From contig JYFJ02002345.1 of the NCBI GenBank assembly GCA_000934665.2, forward strand, positions 1 through 58,849: a stretch of 58,849 bases of DNA, written 5' to 3'. Each line of letters starts with the position of its first letter. Position 1 is the stretch's first letter. The notes under the pieces were generated by a model. That model did not search any database and was not told the DNA's origin. It saw only the letters and a program-made list of their open reading frames with translations. Below, piece after piece: positions 1 through 12,451 of this stretch. The translations under genes and the position numbers were made by a program. The stretch comes from Catajapyx aquilonaris (Eukaryota).

Positions 1-374
1 AAAGTTTGGCCAAACCAAGACTGCCACACTCGTGCCCTTTCACACACTTACGGTAATTCGGCGTAAAAACCTCGTGACGCTCTCGAATCTCACTGGTAGC
101 GACATGGAAAGGAGTAATTGCGGGTCAAAATAAAAAACTGTACCTGGCCGTGGCGGCCGCAAATATCGCCCCAGGAGAAAAATATGCGCACCATCTCAAA
201 GTGCAACTCTTTCGCGTCCAGATACTCCAGTCTCATGCCGATACCGCCATATTTGCGGCCGTGACAGCGAGAGGAAGAAGTGTCAAACTCACGGGCCAGC
301 CCGCGATGGGCTCCCCGCAACAATGGATCGTGTAGCCTAGAGCTCGCTCTTAAGTCACTTGAATGGAGACTAAC

Positions 375-3300
375 CTGCTAGCAACATCCGTGGAGACCAG
401 TATCGACCTGGCCTTGGCTCTGAACTTGTTGAGTGCCCCCAGGCGCTTGTTCTGTGCGAGCTGCCCATGTAAGGGTATGGCAGCTAGCCCCAAGTTACGC
501 AGCATCAGGGCTGTTTTCATGGCCCCAGCACAAGTGGAGCAAAAGATCATGAATGAATTGCCCTCCAGCTTCTCAAGAATGTGGACTAGGTACACATCCT
601 ACAGGAGAGACCAGAGGGAAGAAAAGAAATGAAAACACAAATCAGTCAAGGAAATGCACACATATGAACTCATCATAATTATAAAAAGTCATAGCATCAA
701 TACATCAAATCCATGATTGATCTGTGGAAATTTCATGCTGCTTTCTAACATTCTCAGCTATGAGCAGCAGCCACTGCTGACAATATATATTTATGCCCTA
801 GTTTCCTCCTCCAGTTTCAGTCTTGCTCCTCACCTTGTCTTTGAGTGGCACAAACACATAGAATTGCTGCAGCTTGTCCACAGTCTGGTACTTGGAGGAC
901 ACTTCAACTTTTACTGGGTCTTGCAGGGAGGCCCTCTGAAGCTTCTGCACTTTCTTCGTCATGGTGGCTGAGAACAGGTAGGTTCTCCTCTCACGTGGAA
1001 TGGCCTTCAGAATCTTGTCCACTTCAACTTCAAAGTCCATGTTCAGGATGCGGTCGGCTTCATCCATTACCTTTTCAAATGAAATGTGATGAGATATTTT
1101 AACCTTTAAACCTAATTCTTATTAATTGAGTACAAATTGATTTATCCTGAATAAAGTGTCCATTTCAGTTATCAGTTTATGCCTGAAGCTGCTTGTTACT
1201 GAAACAGATACCTTAATTGGAGCACACTGTCTAGTTTCTTTAGTCTTTCTTCCCTTAAAAAAACAAGAGTTTTTAGTGAATAAACTGCACAAATTTTAAT
1301 ATAACCAGATAGCAATTCTCTCAAACTTACTGATGCTTGCCTCTCACCTGGCCTTCTAAATGTATGAGAATGCAAATTGCTGAAATTATGACCAGATAAT
1401 CAGATATGAAAGTGTCAGCAAGATGACCACTAATATGGCTTTCAGCTTACTCTTGGTGGGCATGGGTGGGATGGGATTAATAGCATGTTGTGTAGGGTGG
1501 AAGGTTAAAACAGCAAGCTTTCTAAAAAGTGGTACATGGCATTATTGTAGGGATTTCAGCAGAGAAAAAAATTGCTCTGTGACTACAGAAAGGTTGCATA
1601 CCACTTGTCTAATTTGTTAGTAATGGACTTACCAGGTACTTCAGTCCCCGAAGATGAAATCCCTTGGTATTTTCAAGGTGGTCCACTAGTCTTCCAGGAG
1701 TTGCAATGATGATGTGTGGCTTTTTCGCCAGAGCCATTGCTTGGTGCACCATGTCTATTCCACCAACTATTACTGCACACTTCACACCAATTGTTACACC
1801 TAACGGCACAAAAGATGTTGCACATAATTATTTGTTTTCAAATAGCTTCAAATAGCTGAAAGTTTGGACATATAATGGGCCACTACCAAGTCCATAGATG
1901 GTTTTAGCAGCTACAAGTTTCAGGTAATAAAAATCCAGCTGTGAGAGACACTATGCAAGAGTGGCTGGATCGGTGCAATTATTGTATTTATTTATTTATT
2001 TATTTATTTGCTACCCCTTGCCACCCTTTACAGGGTGATCGGTGCAATTATTATTATTTGGAAGGCAATTTAGCCTAGCGTCAAACCTTGCAAACCTATC
2101 GCTACAAAGGGTCTTTAGGTATGGGTTTTCAGACTTGGCATCACTTGAGGAACAACCATTTACTGATGTTGATGGTCCTAAAAAAATAAAATAAATAGGC
2201 TACAATGAGGAAAGGACTTACCCAAGGCTTCAAACTGCTGTGCAATTTGAAAGGCCAGTTCCCTTGTTGGTGTCAGGACCAGCCCAAACATTCGCTGTGG
2301 TCGCTCGAGAAGAGACTGCAGTATGGGAAGGGCAAAGGCTCCTGTTTTACCAGACCCAGTTTCTGCCAAGCCGATAATGTCCTTTCCTAAAAACAACATT
2401 TTAGTGTTACTATAGGTAGGCTCTGCTTTAAATTGGAGTTCAGTTCTAGAAAAACAGGGTCATGGGTAAAATGAAAAGTCAAGACGAGGCCTAACTGCAC
2501 ATATCTACAGACCTTTAAACTTTTTTTGGTTGCGGCCCACATCAGATAGGGAAAATATCTCCCGGCCCACCTAATGAGCCACTTACAACTGGTCACCTCC
2601 CTTACTGGGAGCTGCAAAGAGTGCATGTGTATGCTTTCTGTGTTAAGCGGTGTGCAGGATTTTCTTTTCTTTTTTATGTACTGTCCTATTGCTCCTCATT
2701 TCGCAAGATCATTTTATAGTTAACAAAAAAAATTAAAGCTCGCGTCCCACTTGGAGGGGCCTCCTGGCCCACCAGTGGGCCACAGCCCATAGTTTGGGAA
2801 CCACTGCTTTAAAGTAAAGAACGATATGACGTCACACCATCTCTGTTTTCTGAGCATGGGCACTCTTGTTGAGAGATTCAGGGACATGATTGGAGAGAAG
2901 AGCCGGGTAGTGGTGGGGCTGTCCATGATGTCATATTGTCCTTTGGTGCAAAGGACTGTATAGAGTCTATAGACCTTGCCCCAATGCACCAAGAATTAGA
3001 AGAAGAAAAAAGCCTATAGTGATTGTGCACACAAGGTTGCAGTAATAACTTACTGTCTTGATTTATTTCGTCATTTTCAATGTTTTTTCAAATATTAATT
3101 TTTTGGGTAATGATGCGAAGGTTGTTAACATGAAATGTAAAATGGAGCGCCATAAAACAGGGGCATATCTGCATACGACTGTAACTCACGTGTGATCACT
3201 ACAAATCTGACCCTTGTGGCACACCCGGCGTATCACTCACCTTTCAACGCCAGTGGAATAGCCTCCACCTGAATTTTAGTGGGACTCTTCCATTGTAACT

Positions 3301-3623
3301 GCTCACACGCTTCACACAAAACGTCAATCACACCCTGAAAGTACAACCATTTGTTAAATTCCATGTAACATATATCACCAGCAAACCTGCATCTCGCCTA
3401 GAAGTGAGCTAGGGCAATGGAACAGCTTTTATGTGTGTAAAGTATCCATGGACTTTCACGCCCCCGAAATGACGTATGTGCAACTAACCAGGTCCTTGAA
3501 GGTGGTGGTCTGCCCTTCCCCTGCCTCCTGGTCCTGCTGGCCTTTCCCTGATGGCCCTTCCGCACCATCCTCGCCCCCATCGCTGCTTGCACCAGACACG
3601 TTCTCATCTTCATTCGACGACAT
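375..3623 (-). CDS. DDX47: DEAD-box RNA helicase DDX47/RRP3 (first six coding exons; 3' end lies beyond the left edge)
   Basis: Exons 3623-3489, 3334-3241, 2386-2222, 1799-1633, 1070-834 and 598-375, all GT-AG and in frame. Motifs: Q-motif [33 protein letters not shown], and DDX47-typical [20 protein letters not shown]...TDVASR. Confidence 0.95.
1984..2036 (-). mobile_element. 53-bp 5'-truncated retroposon end (hairpin + GGGGT + (AAAT)n) in a DDX47 intron
   Basis: Perfect 16-bp direct repeat GATCGGTGCAATTATT at 1968-1983 and 2037-2052 flanks the insert. Minus strand reads accctgtaaagggtggcaaggggtagc(aaat)n. Confidence 0.75.
2508..2806. mobile_element. Degenerate hAT (Charlie/Buster-like) MITE fragment
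   Basis: Right end agtttgggaaccactg is the reverse complement of CAGTGGTTCCCAAACT, the same TIR type as the element at 35800. The left end is degenerate, so the start coordinate is approximate. Confidence 0.45.
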
Positions 3624-3803
3624 CTTGGACCATGTGTGTCACTAAATTCTCTAGTTTCAACTCTGGCCGTTTGTGGCGCTCTTCATTTCACACACACAAA
3701 AAAAGTCTATGCAAAAAAGTGCCTAGGAGTGGGGCGCCTCTAACGGCCAATCTACTCCACACAGTTTTCCGCGCGCTGATACAAATCCTATACTAATCAT
3801 CTT

Positions 3804-4113
3804 AACCGAAGCAGTAGTGGTGTAGTGGTATGGTGACCGACTGCTAATCGGGAGGTCCTGGGTTCGAATCCCGGAGGCCGGCGACCCTGACCATGGTTTT
3901 CTGTGGTTTCCCATGGTCCTTGCAGGATAATTCCGGGGTCGTTACCGTAATATAGGCCACAGCCGCCTCCTTCCTACCCTTTCCCTGCTTCATTCCGGTG
4001 ATGAGAAAAATAGTAAAAATGGAAGAGTTCCAGACAAAAAATTGGGAGAAATCCCCCCCTAGGGAAGCCCGTAGGCTGATAATGGGGTATCAAATTATTA
4101 TTATTATTATTAT
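3804..4113 (+). mobile_element. tRNA-derived SINE, Lm1/Talua-like insect type, with (ATT)n tail
   Basis: A box TGGTGTAGTGG and B box GGTTCGAATCC. Body GGTTTTCTGTGGTTTCCC...AGGCCACAGCCGCCTCCTTCC resembles insect Lm1-type SINEs. 15-bp TSD TATACTAATCATCTT at 3789-3803 and 4114-4128. Confidence 0.88.
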
Positions 4114-4290
4114 TATACTAATCATCTTCCAGTCTGATGGACCACATGTTTTGTAGAGAACAAACCACGTTGCTCAGCATGGGGAATTCATCCTTATGTA
4201 TAAAAAGACCTTAGCACAGACGTGGGTTAACATTATTTTTATTCATCAATTTAATACGAGAGGACGTGGATGGGTAAAAAGGACACTCCC

Positions 4291-7200
4291 TTACCTCCTC
4301 TTCAGGACCAAAAATATCAGAAATAGATACACAAGTGTCCAAGAGAGGCTGGAAACAAATCCTAGGGCTACCTCCCAGTGATAAATGGACCATCCGCGGT
4401 TCAACATGCTTCTGATTGCACTAGAAGGTAATGTTACAGGGCTCATATAACATAGCCACCTTACATAATTGGAAACGCCTTCTAATGGCCACATTGAGCC
4501 GCACATTACTTCGTTCAGTATAAACACTGACATGTACACTAACGTGGACTGGGCGACGTCCGGAAGCAACAATGCCACAAATATTCCTAAACAGGATGCA
4601 CAAACACATTGAAGGAGAATTAGTAAAAACACCTCAAGAACAGACCAACTGAGATACACTCCCAAAAGCAGATAGGTGATTATTATTAATCCTGTTGTGC
4701 TGTATATGGAGAGGCTGCATACCGTTAGTAACAGCGATGTTATCATCTCCCAATATTTCACCCCTGAAATAATAAAAAATACCACGGAAGTAATTTGACA
4801 TCACGTCTTATATTACTTTACGTATGAAGTTCTGTGTACTATTGAGAGATACAATGAAACATATCTGTTATTGAATCTTGATTATTATGAAACTATTGGG
4901 CTAAGATGTCTAATGTGTTTTCGTCACATATCACGTAAACTTGTTCTGCTGTTCGAAACGTTTTTTTGTGTGGAAAAGACAGGCTTCAAAGTATGTCATG
5001 ATGTGTTATGTACACTGTACAGTACAGTACAGTACATTACCTGAAACTGTGATTCGGTCTATAATCCCATCCTCTACTTCCCAAATAAAAATTGCGCCTG
5101 CTACCACCATTGTCACAGCAAATACGAGGCTGCAATGAATCATCAAAATATTAAATTGCAACCATTTCTTCATCATTGCAAAGTATCAATACGTACTTTA
5201 TGGCTTGAGCTGGTATAAAAAATTCTGCGAACTCGGGATCTGCCTTTCCAAAAATAGGCTCGCCAAAAGCCACTGCTGTTTCTATCAAATTTCCATTATC
5301 ATAACAGGCTCCAAACACTTCTTTCATAAAGGCGATGAAGCGAAATAGCACCATGTGCTGGACATACCCAGAACTGATGTAACCTGTAGAAAGATAATTA
5401 CATTTATTTTGCATTATTTTCAGCTTAAACTGCTGCACAGTTTACAGTAAAATAGAGTGTGGATTATTTATCATTACCTGTCGTATTAAGCCTTAAATGA
5501 ACTACTGAATTCTTCAAGGCATTATCAGTATTGTTTATATTAATTCCTTGTTCGCTCCTCCTTACAAGTGCTTCGGAATAGTCAGTCGGAAATAAAATGA
5601 ATCCCACTAAATATCCACTTTGAACAGCTGTCTCCGCTGAAGTTGCATCATCGTAAGGTAACTGAAATAAAGTAACTAATAAGATTCATTCAAATATGTG
5701 TTATGTGCTATATTAGTTGAACAATAATTATTATGTGACACAGTTAAACTAGAGAAGATCCCCATATTTTAAAGACAAATACTGTGTAATATTAATTATA
5801 CGCAAGAGCTAATAACTGTTATACGGTATAATATAATCTAACTCTGCAGTAGGTTTACAATACAATTTTAATGAAATGTTAATAATTAATAATGTTTATA
5901 ATAATTACTTCCTCTCCAAAAGCTAATTATGAAGTCTGTAAAGAAATATTTGCTTAGATGAAATGATACACTATCAATCAAAAACTTGCTTAATTTTTAG
6001 AGAGAGAGCACTGAACTCATTAACACAGCATTAATCTTAAGGCAGTTATTTGACATACCATATTTCACTTACCAAATTGACTACTTCATGGTCAAGCGTA
6101 TTCAAATATCGGCAACTGAGGTTATTAAATGAACAGTAATCGACAGGAGTGCACATTGTTTGTCGGGGAGCTTCGTGGTTCACTACACCCAAGTTGAGAG
6201 ATAGTGGCTTACTTCCAAATGCAAAATATGCTCCAGCTAATATTGTGAATGACATGTTCATAATTATAATAGTTGGGCTGGAAAAAGAATGAGATCTGAA
6301 TTAATATTATGCATCGGAACTGTGATTTTTTTCGTTCCTTACTATTATCCCATTTGCATTAAAATTGTATGTACAAAATATGTGCAACGGAAAATCTTTG
6401 CTGATATTGCAGGGCTTGTCCTATTATTCCAAACTCTTGTTGGGTGTATATATTGTAGCAAAATAAACACAAAATTACCTCGATATTAATTATCATTTAC
6501 GCTACAATTTCAGTGCAAATAAAACAATGCCCATCATAACAGTAGAGTTTACATGCCATGCATATACTATACTTACATGTAATTTCTCACTAATCTAGTG
6601 TAGTTATGCCTTAACATGGCTCCAACACGATGTGTCCATCGAGATTTTTTCTCTTCATCCTTGAAGTTAGGAACTACAAAAGATCTAGTTTCTGACACTG
6701 GTTGTATAGCCTCTTCCACAGGAGTTGATGTAGATAGTTCTGCTTGATTTCCTGAACCATCCTGAGCTCTAGTTTCCATCTCGTCTCCGGAACAGAAAGA
6801 CAAACAAATGTCATCTAAAGTGAGACCCCTATTTTGCAACATAAGTGACTTAGGATCAGTCTCAACTAGTAATCGACCGCTTCTCATGAATCCCATCACA
6901 TGTGATAAAAGTGCTTCTTGCGTGTAATGCGTTGTCAGAATGATCGTCACATCCTGCGATGCCAGTTCTTGCAAATACTTCCATATTCTGTAAAATAGCT
7001 AAACTTATATTCAAATTCCGGGTTGAATATAAAAGCAACACCTTTACATTTGTCTAAGCACAGGATCAAGTCCTACTGTTGGTTCGTCCAAGATGAGAAG
7101 TTTCGGCTCATGTAGGAAGGAAACTGCGAGCGACAATCGCTTTTGTTGACCACCACTGAAAATATTTAATCAAAAGGCAGGTTTGTCACACCTTGTACAT

Positions 7201-7918
7201 AACACTAAACTTGGAAGAGGAAAAGTAGCAGATTTTCTATTGTTAGTGCATATAATAATTATATGCGTTAATTAAATCCTTTGGGGTCTCGATCGACGAT
7301 AATTCAATAGTACATAATAATAATATTAAATGTTTCCTTACCTGAGTGTGTAAATATGCCTGTCTTTTGGTGGCAGTTGGAGTAACTTGTAAAAGAAGTT
7401 AGACTTTATTTTAATTTGTTCCGTTGGCATTCCATGAATTCTCCCAAAATAAAACATCATTTCTTCAATTGTGATTGGCTTGGACACTCCTCTTTCCTGA
7501 GGTGTGTATCCAATGAGGGTTTTAGGGACTCTCGAGGGCTTTGATCCGAAAACAAGGGCTTGACCTGCATCCAAAGACCGTTGTCCTGTTATGCAGGTGA
7601 GAACTGATGTTTTCCCACAGCCACTGGGGCCCAAGAGGGCATATCTGCAAGCAAATGCAGGTATTTTGTATACTATACTGTACAAGTGAAAAAGTAATCT
7701 CTGCTTTTGCGTCAAATTTAAAAAATAGTACTGTATAACATTCAGTTGCATTGAGAATTAACTTACACTGAGCCTTGTGGTACTGTCATTCGGAAGTTAC
7801 GTAGAACTACATTTGCCTTTTTCCCTCTTCCGTACGTCTTGAACGCTTCTTGAAAAACCACCACATCCTTCTTCTGTGTTGAACAGTGTATCTCATCGGG
7901 CATTGTGTTGCTCTGCAT
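4291..7918 (-). CDS. ABC transporter, H subfamily (NBD-TMD half transporter), paralog A
   Basis: Nine exons, approx. 7918-7767, 7644-7342, 7155-7048, 6987-6577, 6277-6073, 5661-5478, 5383-5196, 5129-5041 and 4763-4291. Walker A GPSGCGKT, signature LSGGQQKR, Walker [12 protein letters not shown]-loop LTTHY, ABCH-type [16 protein letters not shown] loop and GSMWPLEG...[11 protein letters not shown]. Confidence 0.9.
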
Positions 7919-10725
7919 CACACTAAAGATGTCTCGTTATGATAATCGACTCAAAAGGTAATCAGACACAGCAACTTCGAAGAAGTTCAGATTCTGGCAA
8001 TACTGTATCTGTAACAAAAATTAAATAGCAGAACTGGCCTTTATATAGCATGAATTATTTTCATCAGGACAGTGACGCGATGCTTTACAATTGGCTGCCT
8101 TCAGTTAATTTTTTCAAAGGTTCAGTATCAATGAGATATCCTTTTAATGAGTAATGCGCTGTTATAGTCATACAAGGGGTGGGAGTTGAATTTTATGCGC
8201 AGAAAACGTATGACTGTTTTGCCACCGAAAGCGATATACACATCTCAGATAACTGAAAAAATTTACATAGCCTTGGATTTCACGATATGGGGCTATTTAC
8301 TAACTACTAAATCTGGTTTTAGTTAAAAAAATTGTGCAGAGTTTGTAAATAGTTAGTATTTATGTCAGTTATATGTATGTGCAGAGTCGAGTGCAAAATG
8401 TTAGTGAGAAGTGGCGGAGGACATTATTTCCACCTTCATATATAATGCGGATATCTTCTCATGAAGTAAGACGTCACATCAACTATTCTTGTGTGTGCTA
8501 AATCCAGACTCTCACATGCTTCACATATTTTTATCAAATTGTTCTGTGTACTAACTTACCAAAAATACAGAAAGACCAGGATCACAGATATATGATTGTT
8601 TAAAGTTTTGCGATTGCAATATTCCTTCATTAGTTAAAAATGTGTATCCAGGGGATTAGAATTCTCTCTCAGAAAACTGACGGTCATCAGAAAATATGCG
8701 CCAATTAAGAAATAACAGCTAACTTAATTTAGACCAAAATGTTAATCTAACAGTTCTGAAAATCAGGTTTTCAGTTTATGTAGATGGAATAACGTAACAA
8801 GATTTTTAATTTTTTTTGTCTAAATGACATTTCTCAACCACTCTTAGCGGAAGTATTATTTAATCTTATATGCATAGGAACAAAGTTGTAGTGAATAATC
8901 ATAATCTACTGATACCTGCATTGAAATCTAGGTCTCCAGGTCACACACACAGCACCACGTTGAGTCACGAACTAACTCTCTTCTCACTCTACACAAAAGA
9001 TATTACTGTATATTGGATATTTTTTAGTGCAAGTTTCAAAATACCTTAGGCATCAAACTTTTTAAAAATTACACAACGTGCTGTACCTTACATGCAACAG
9101 ATGACCTTCAGAAACTAGTTCATAGCAAACACGGAAATAATTCTGCTGCGTTTATAGTAGAGTTTCTCACCTGCAAAGTTACACCACGAAATGCGAAGCC
9201 ATAAGGACTTACAGAAGGTCCCAGTCATCGTTTGGTTGTTGGTCACGAAAGACTTATGGGCTTGACCTTGGACGACAGCTGAGGAGAATTTCGTAATATT
9301 AATGAGTGTACAACAGTAGCATTTATATAAACGTACAGTAATAGCCACCCTGGAATTCTGACTCTTTGTAGTGAACCGACATGTGAACCGAACTGAAGAA
9401 AGTACAAAAAAGACATGAAAAATCCCTGCTGATTCCCATATAATATAATTATGCCCCCCATATAAGTTTTTTTGGAGGATGTGACTGCGTGATCATAATC
9501 CTAAAGATAGGAGAGTCTACTTGCATGTTGGATTGTTAGTTCGCAATAAGTCACGTGCGAGTAATATAAAAGACAATGACGGGGAATGGTTATGACGGGG
9601 AATGGTTATGACTTTGTGCCTTTCATTATCAACACAATATATGCTTTAATTGCTGTCACGGCCACCAGCAGGGAAATGCAAATTGCTGTTGTCACAGGTG
9701 ATATACAGTATACATATAGCCTACCGACAAGTATGACTTATTTCCATGCGTTTCCAAGTAATTAACTGATGTGACGTGAAGTGGAAAATATGGTACCGGC
9801 TGCAGAAGATCATGCGGAGATATCTAAAAATCTCAATTAATTAGCATATCTGAACGGAACCATAGTTTTAGATTATGAGTCATTCAGTGGACCTGCATGA
9901 TGTATATAGCAGTGTAATAATATATTTCTTGGGAAGCCAATAAAGTGCTTAGAAAGGATGAGGTTGTTTCCCTTATGCTGTACGTCACCAGTGCCTGGAA
10001 AGGACTTTCTGAAGGTCAAAAAAAAGGTCGACAGCAGTAAAGATTAATTCTAAGAAAAATCTACGTTCTCATGATATAGGTATACTGTACGTCAGTGGGG
10101 TCAGCGCAACACACTTGCGTAAATTCATAATAATTACATATAGGCTGGGCGTTGGGAAAGTAATGAGTTTTTCCATGAAAGCCATTTTTCAGAAGAGTCA
10201 AACATATTTAATTTTGATTCATTCAGTCCATATGTTTGTCCGATTTTTCTAGCATGTCCCGAAGACATTGCTTCTGACAACCCCTCCACACCAAAGAGTA
10301 CTGTACCATGGAGGGAGATTGATCTGGTGTTGTGACTGACACTGTATACAGAGAGATGCATGTTACAATTGTTACGATTCATTATGCAGAAGAAGAGGGT
10401 GACGGCCTGACAGTACAGGCCTGCATATTTTTCAGTCATCTCAAAAGCATCCTGAGGGAAGATAAATTAGCTAGTTTTTGTTAAATTAATTCCTCCAACC
10501 CCTGCTTTTCAGTTATTAGTTCTATAGTTTCTATTCTATTAGTAGCTATTCAGTTATGCTTTCCTGGTTCCAAAGTAACAATTAACTGAACAGTACAATA
10601 CTTTGTTATCGTCTCTTAGCCACACTGCTGGCAGCCATTGTTTATTCCATCGGTTTGTCATTTGGATTGGCCGGCTCATTGAAATCACAGAAAATTTGGA
10701 GTTCTTCTTAACATCCCTGTACAAA

Positions 10726-12186
10726 ATGCCTCCGAAGTCGTCCATCATTGTAGGTGCTTTTCACTGACTGGTTTTCAATCATGATTAAGCTTCTGTTAAT
10801 ATTCTGTGCAGTATTACAAAGAGATCATGTGTTTATTTATAGGACAAAAGCTACGTGGAACTAAGAAGCAGCATCTACAATAAAGAGGAATCAGATGGTG
10901 ATGATGTAAGTTACGGAGAAGTTAATGCCCATGATTGTGTGTAAAAACTTCACTAATATGCTTCTTATATTCCTCTCCAAAGACGGACGAATCAGGGAGC
11001 CTGAATGATGCCGAATCATTCCAACAACAGCAAAAACGCTCAAAAAACACATTGTCACCTAATTCAGCTAATAATGCGTCCTTGAACAAATCTTCAGTCA
11101 GACAACCAGACAAACGCAAGGGAAAAGGAAAACCCAAAGTTTATGAACCGCAAGAGACATCAAACAACAAAATGTCTAAGAGTAGTGGCAAATATGAATT
11201 GCGCGGAGGCAATTCAGAAGAACGACTGTTCAGGCTGAAGGAGCAGTTGAATATTCTGGGAAATCAGATGAAGCAGATCAGCGTGGAAATGGCAGATAAG
11301 GTTATGGTAAGTGGCTATACAGGGTGAGTCAGAACTAGAGGTGGTCAAGAAATCAAATACATCTTGACATACGTATAGTTCTGTTATGATTGTTGATTCT
11401 CTTTTAACTTACTGATACTTGTTGGAGTGCTTTTCCTGCTCATGTTTTTTAATGATAGAAGGAGGTCAGCTCCTGGAAGAAACAACTGAGAGAAGATCAC
11501 GAGAAGACACTTGCGAGCATGAGCTTTGAGCCAAGAAATGAGATCCAAAACTTGAACAAAGAAATTGACAACAAGATAGACAATTTGACCAAAATTCATG
11601 TTACATTATATCAGAGATCTAAGGCCGACGACAAGGAACTTGTTAAAACCTCATTTAATATCTGGCGAGACAACATGCTGAAAATAAAGGACAAGGAGCA
11701 CAAGGAACAGGTAAGATGCCTTTTGATTGTATCTGTACGTTCATAATACTAGTGTAAAAAATCTTCTGTTCTTGTTCACAGAGCTTCACTAATATGGCCA
11801 CGAATTTCTACAACACCAAGCTCAAGCGAAGGGCTTTTCAAGCGCTGAAAGAGAATGCTAAAAACAAATGGTCAGCACGGGTCCGTAAAAGCTCCATAGA
11901 CCAAGCGTACGCAATGGGAAAAGTTTCAGTAGAGGAATCAAAGAAAAAATATAAGCAGGTGTGATATAATTTTTATTGTGTTGTAGCCACATTGCTCACG
12001 CCTTTTCATTATTATAATTTTTAGCTGAAAGACAGCAGCGTGGCTAAAATCAAGGCTAAGAAAACAGAAGATAAAGAACATGTTGAATCAGCCGCTCTTG
12101 CCGAACTAAGGGAACAATCAAAGTACCTGATGGAACAAATGTCAATCTTGGCCCACAAAAGGCAGTGTCCGTGTCTAAAGGAATAA
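10726..12186 (+). CDS. POC5: POC5-like centriolar coiled-coil protein (~333 aa)
   Basis: Six phase-0 exons: 10726-10749, 10843-10905, 10983-11306, 11459-11710, 11782-11958 and 12025-12186. Trp-spaced Sfi1-like segments SFNIWR...ATNFYNTKLKRRAF...KNKWSARVRKS align by eye with the POC5 centrin-binding region (FFHWR...ADQYYQRTLLKKVW...KQWKDVVERA). Confidence 0.6.
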
Positions 12187-12451
12187 ATTTTAATGAGGCC
12201 AAAATTCTGATTTCAAATCGAGTTATATTCACCACACACATTTATATCAGCAAGAAATGTACCATCACTCTGTAAATAGTGCATCATAAAATCCAGAAAT
12301 CAAAAGTAAACCGCGACAGTGTTATATTTCAGAAACATTCATGTACTCTACAGTAATAGTGCAAATATTTCTTACTCAATGCTACTTCCTCAATATTTTC
12401 AGCCATATTTGCATCTGCATGTAAGTTATGTAGTACTGTACGCAATGCTGA

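Noticed and set aside
1..345. CpG-rich stretch in a DDX47 intron
   Set aside because: Probably a transposon end, but it is cut by the window edge and no TIR/TSD pair is visible.
2816..2990. Short inverted repeats in a DDX47 intron, considered as a snoRNA or MITE
   Set aside because: No convincing C/D or H/ACA boxes on the sense strand and no TSD.
3810..3885. tRNA gene calls for the tRNA-like heads (also 34564, 44424, 58510)
   Set aside because: Each continues into a SINE body and tail, several have TSDs, and acceptor stems are imperfect. These are SINE heads, not tRNAs.
9577..9612. 16-bp tandem duplication (also short direct repeats at 23926-23953)
   Set aside because: Two-copy slippage products with no spacer structure. 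Not CRISPR-like; this is eukaryotic DNA.
9100..10450. Short ORFs between ABCH-A and the POC5-like gene
   Set aside because: No coherent exon chain or motif found; likely regulatory or UTR sequence.
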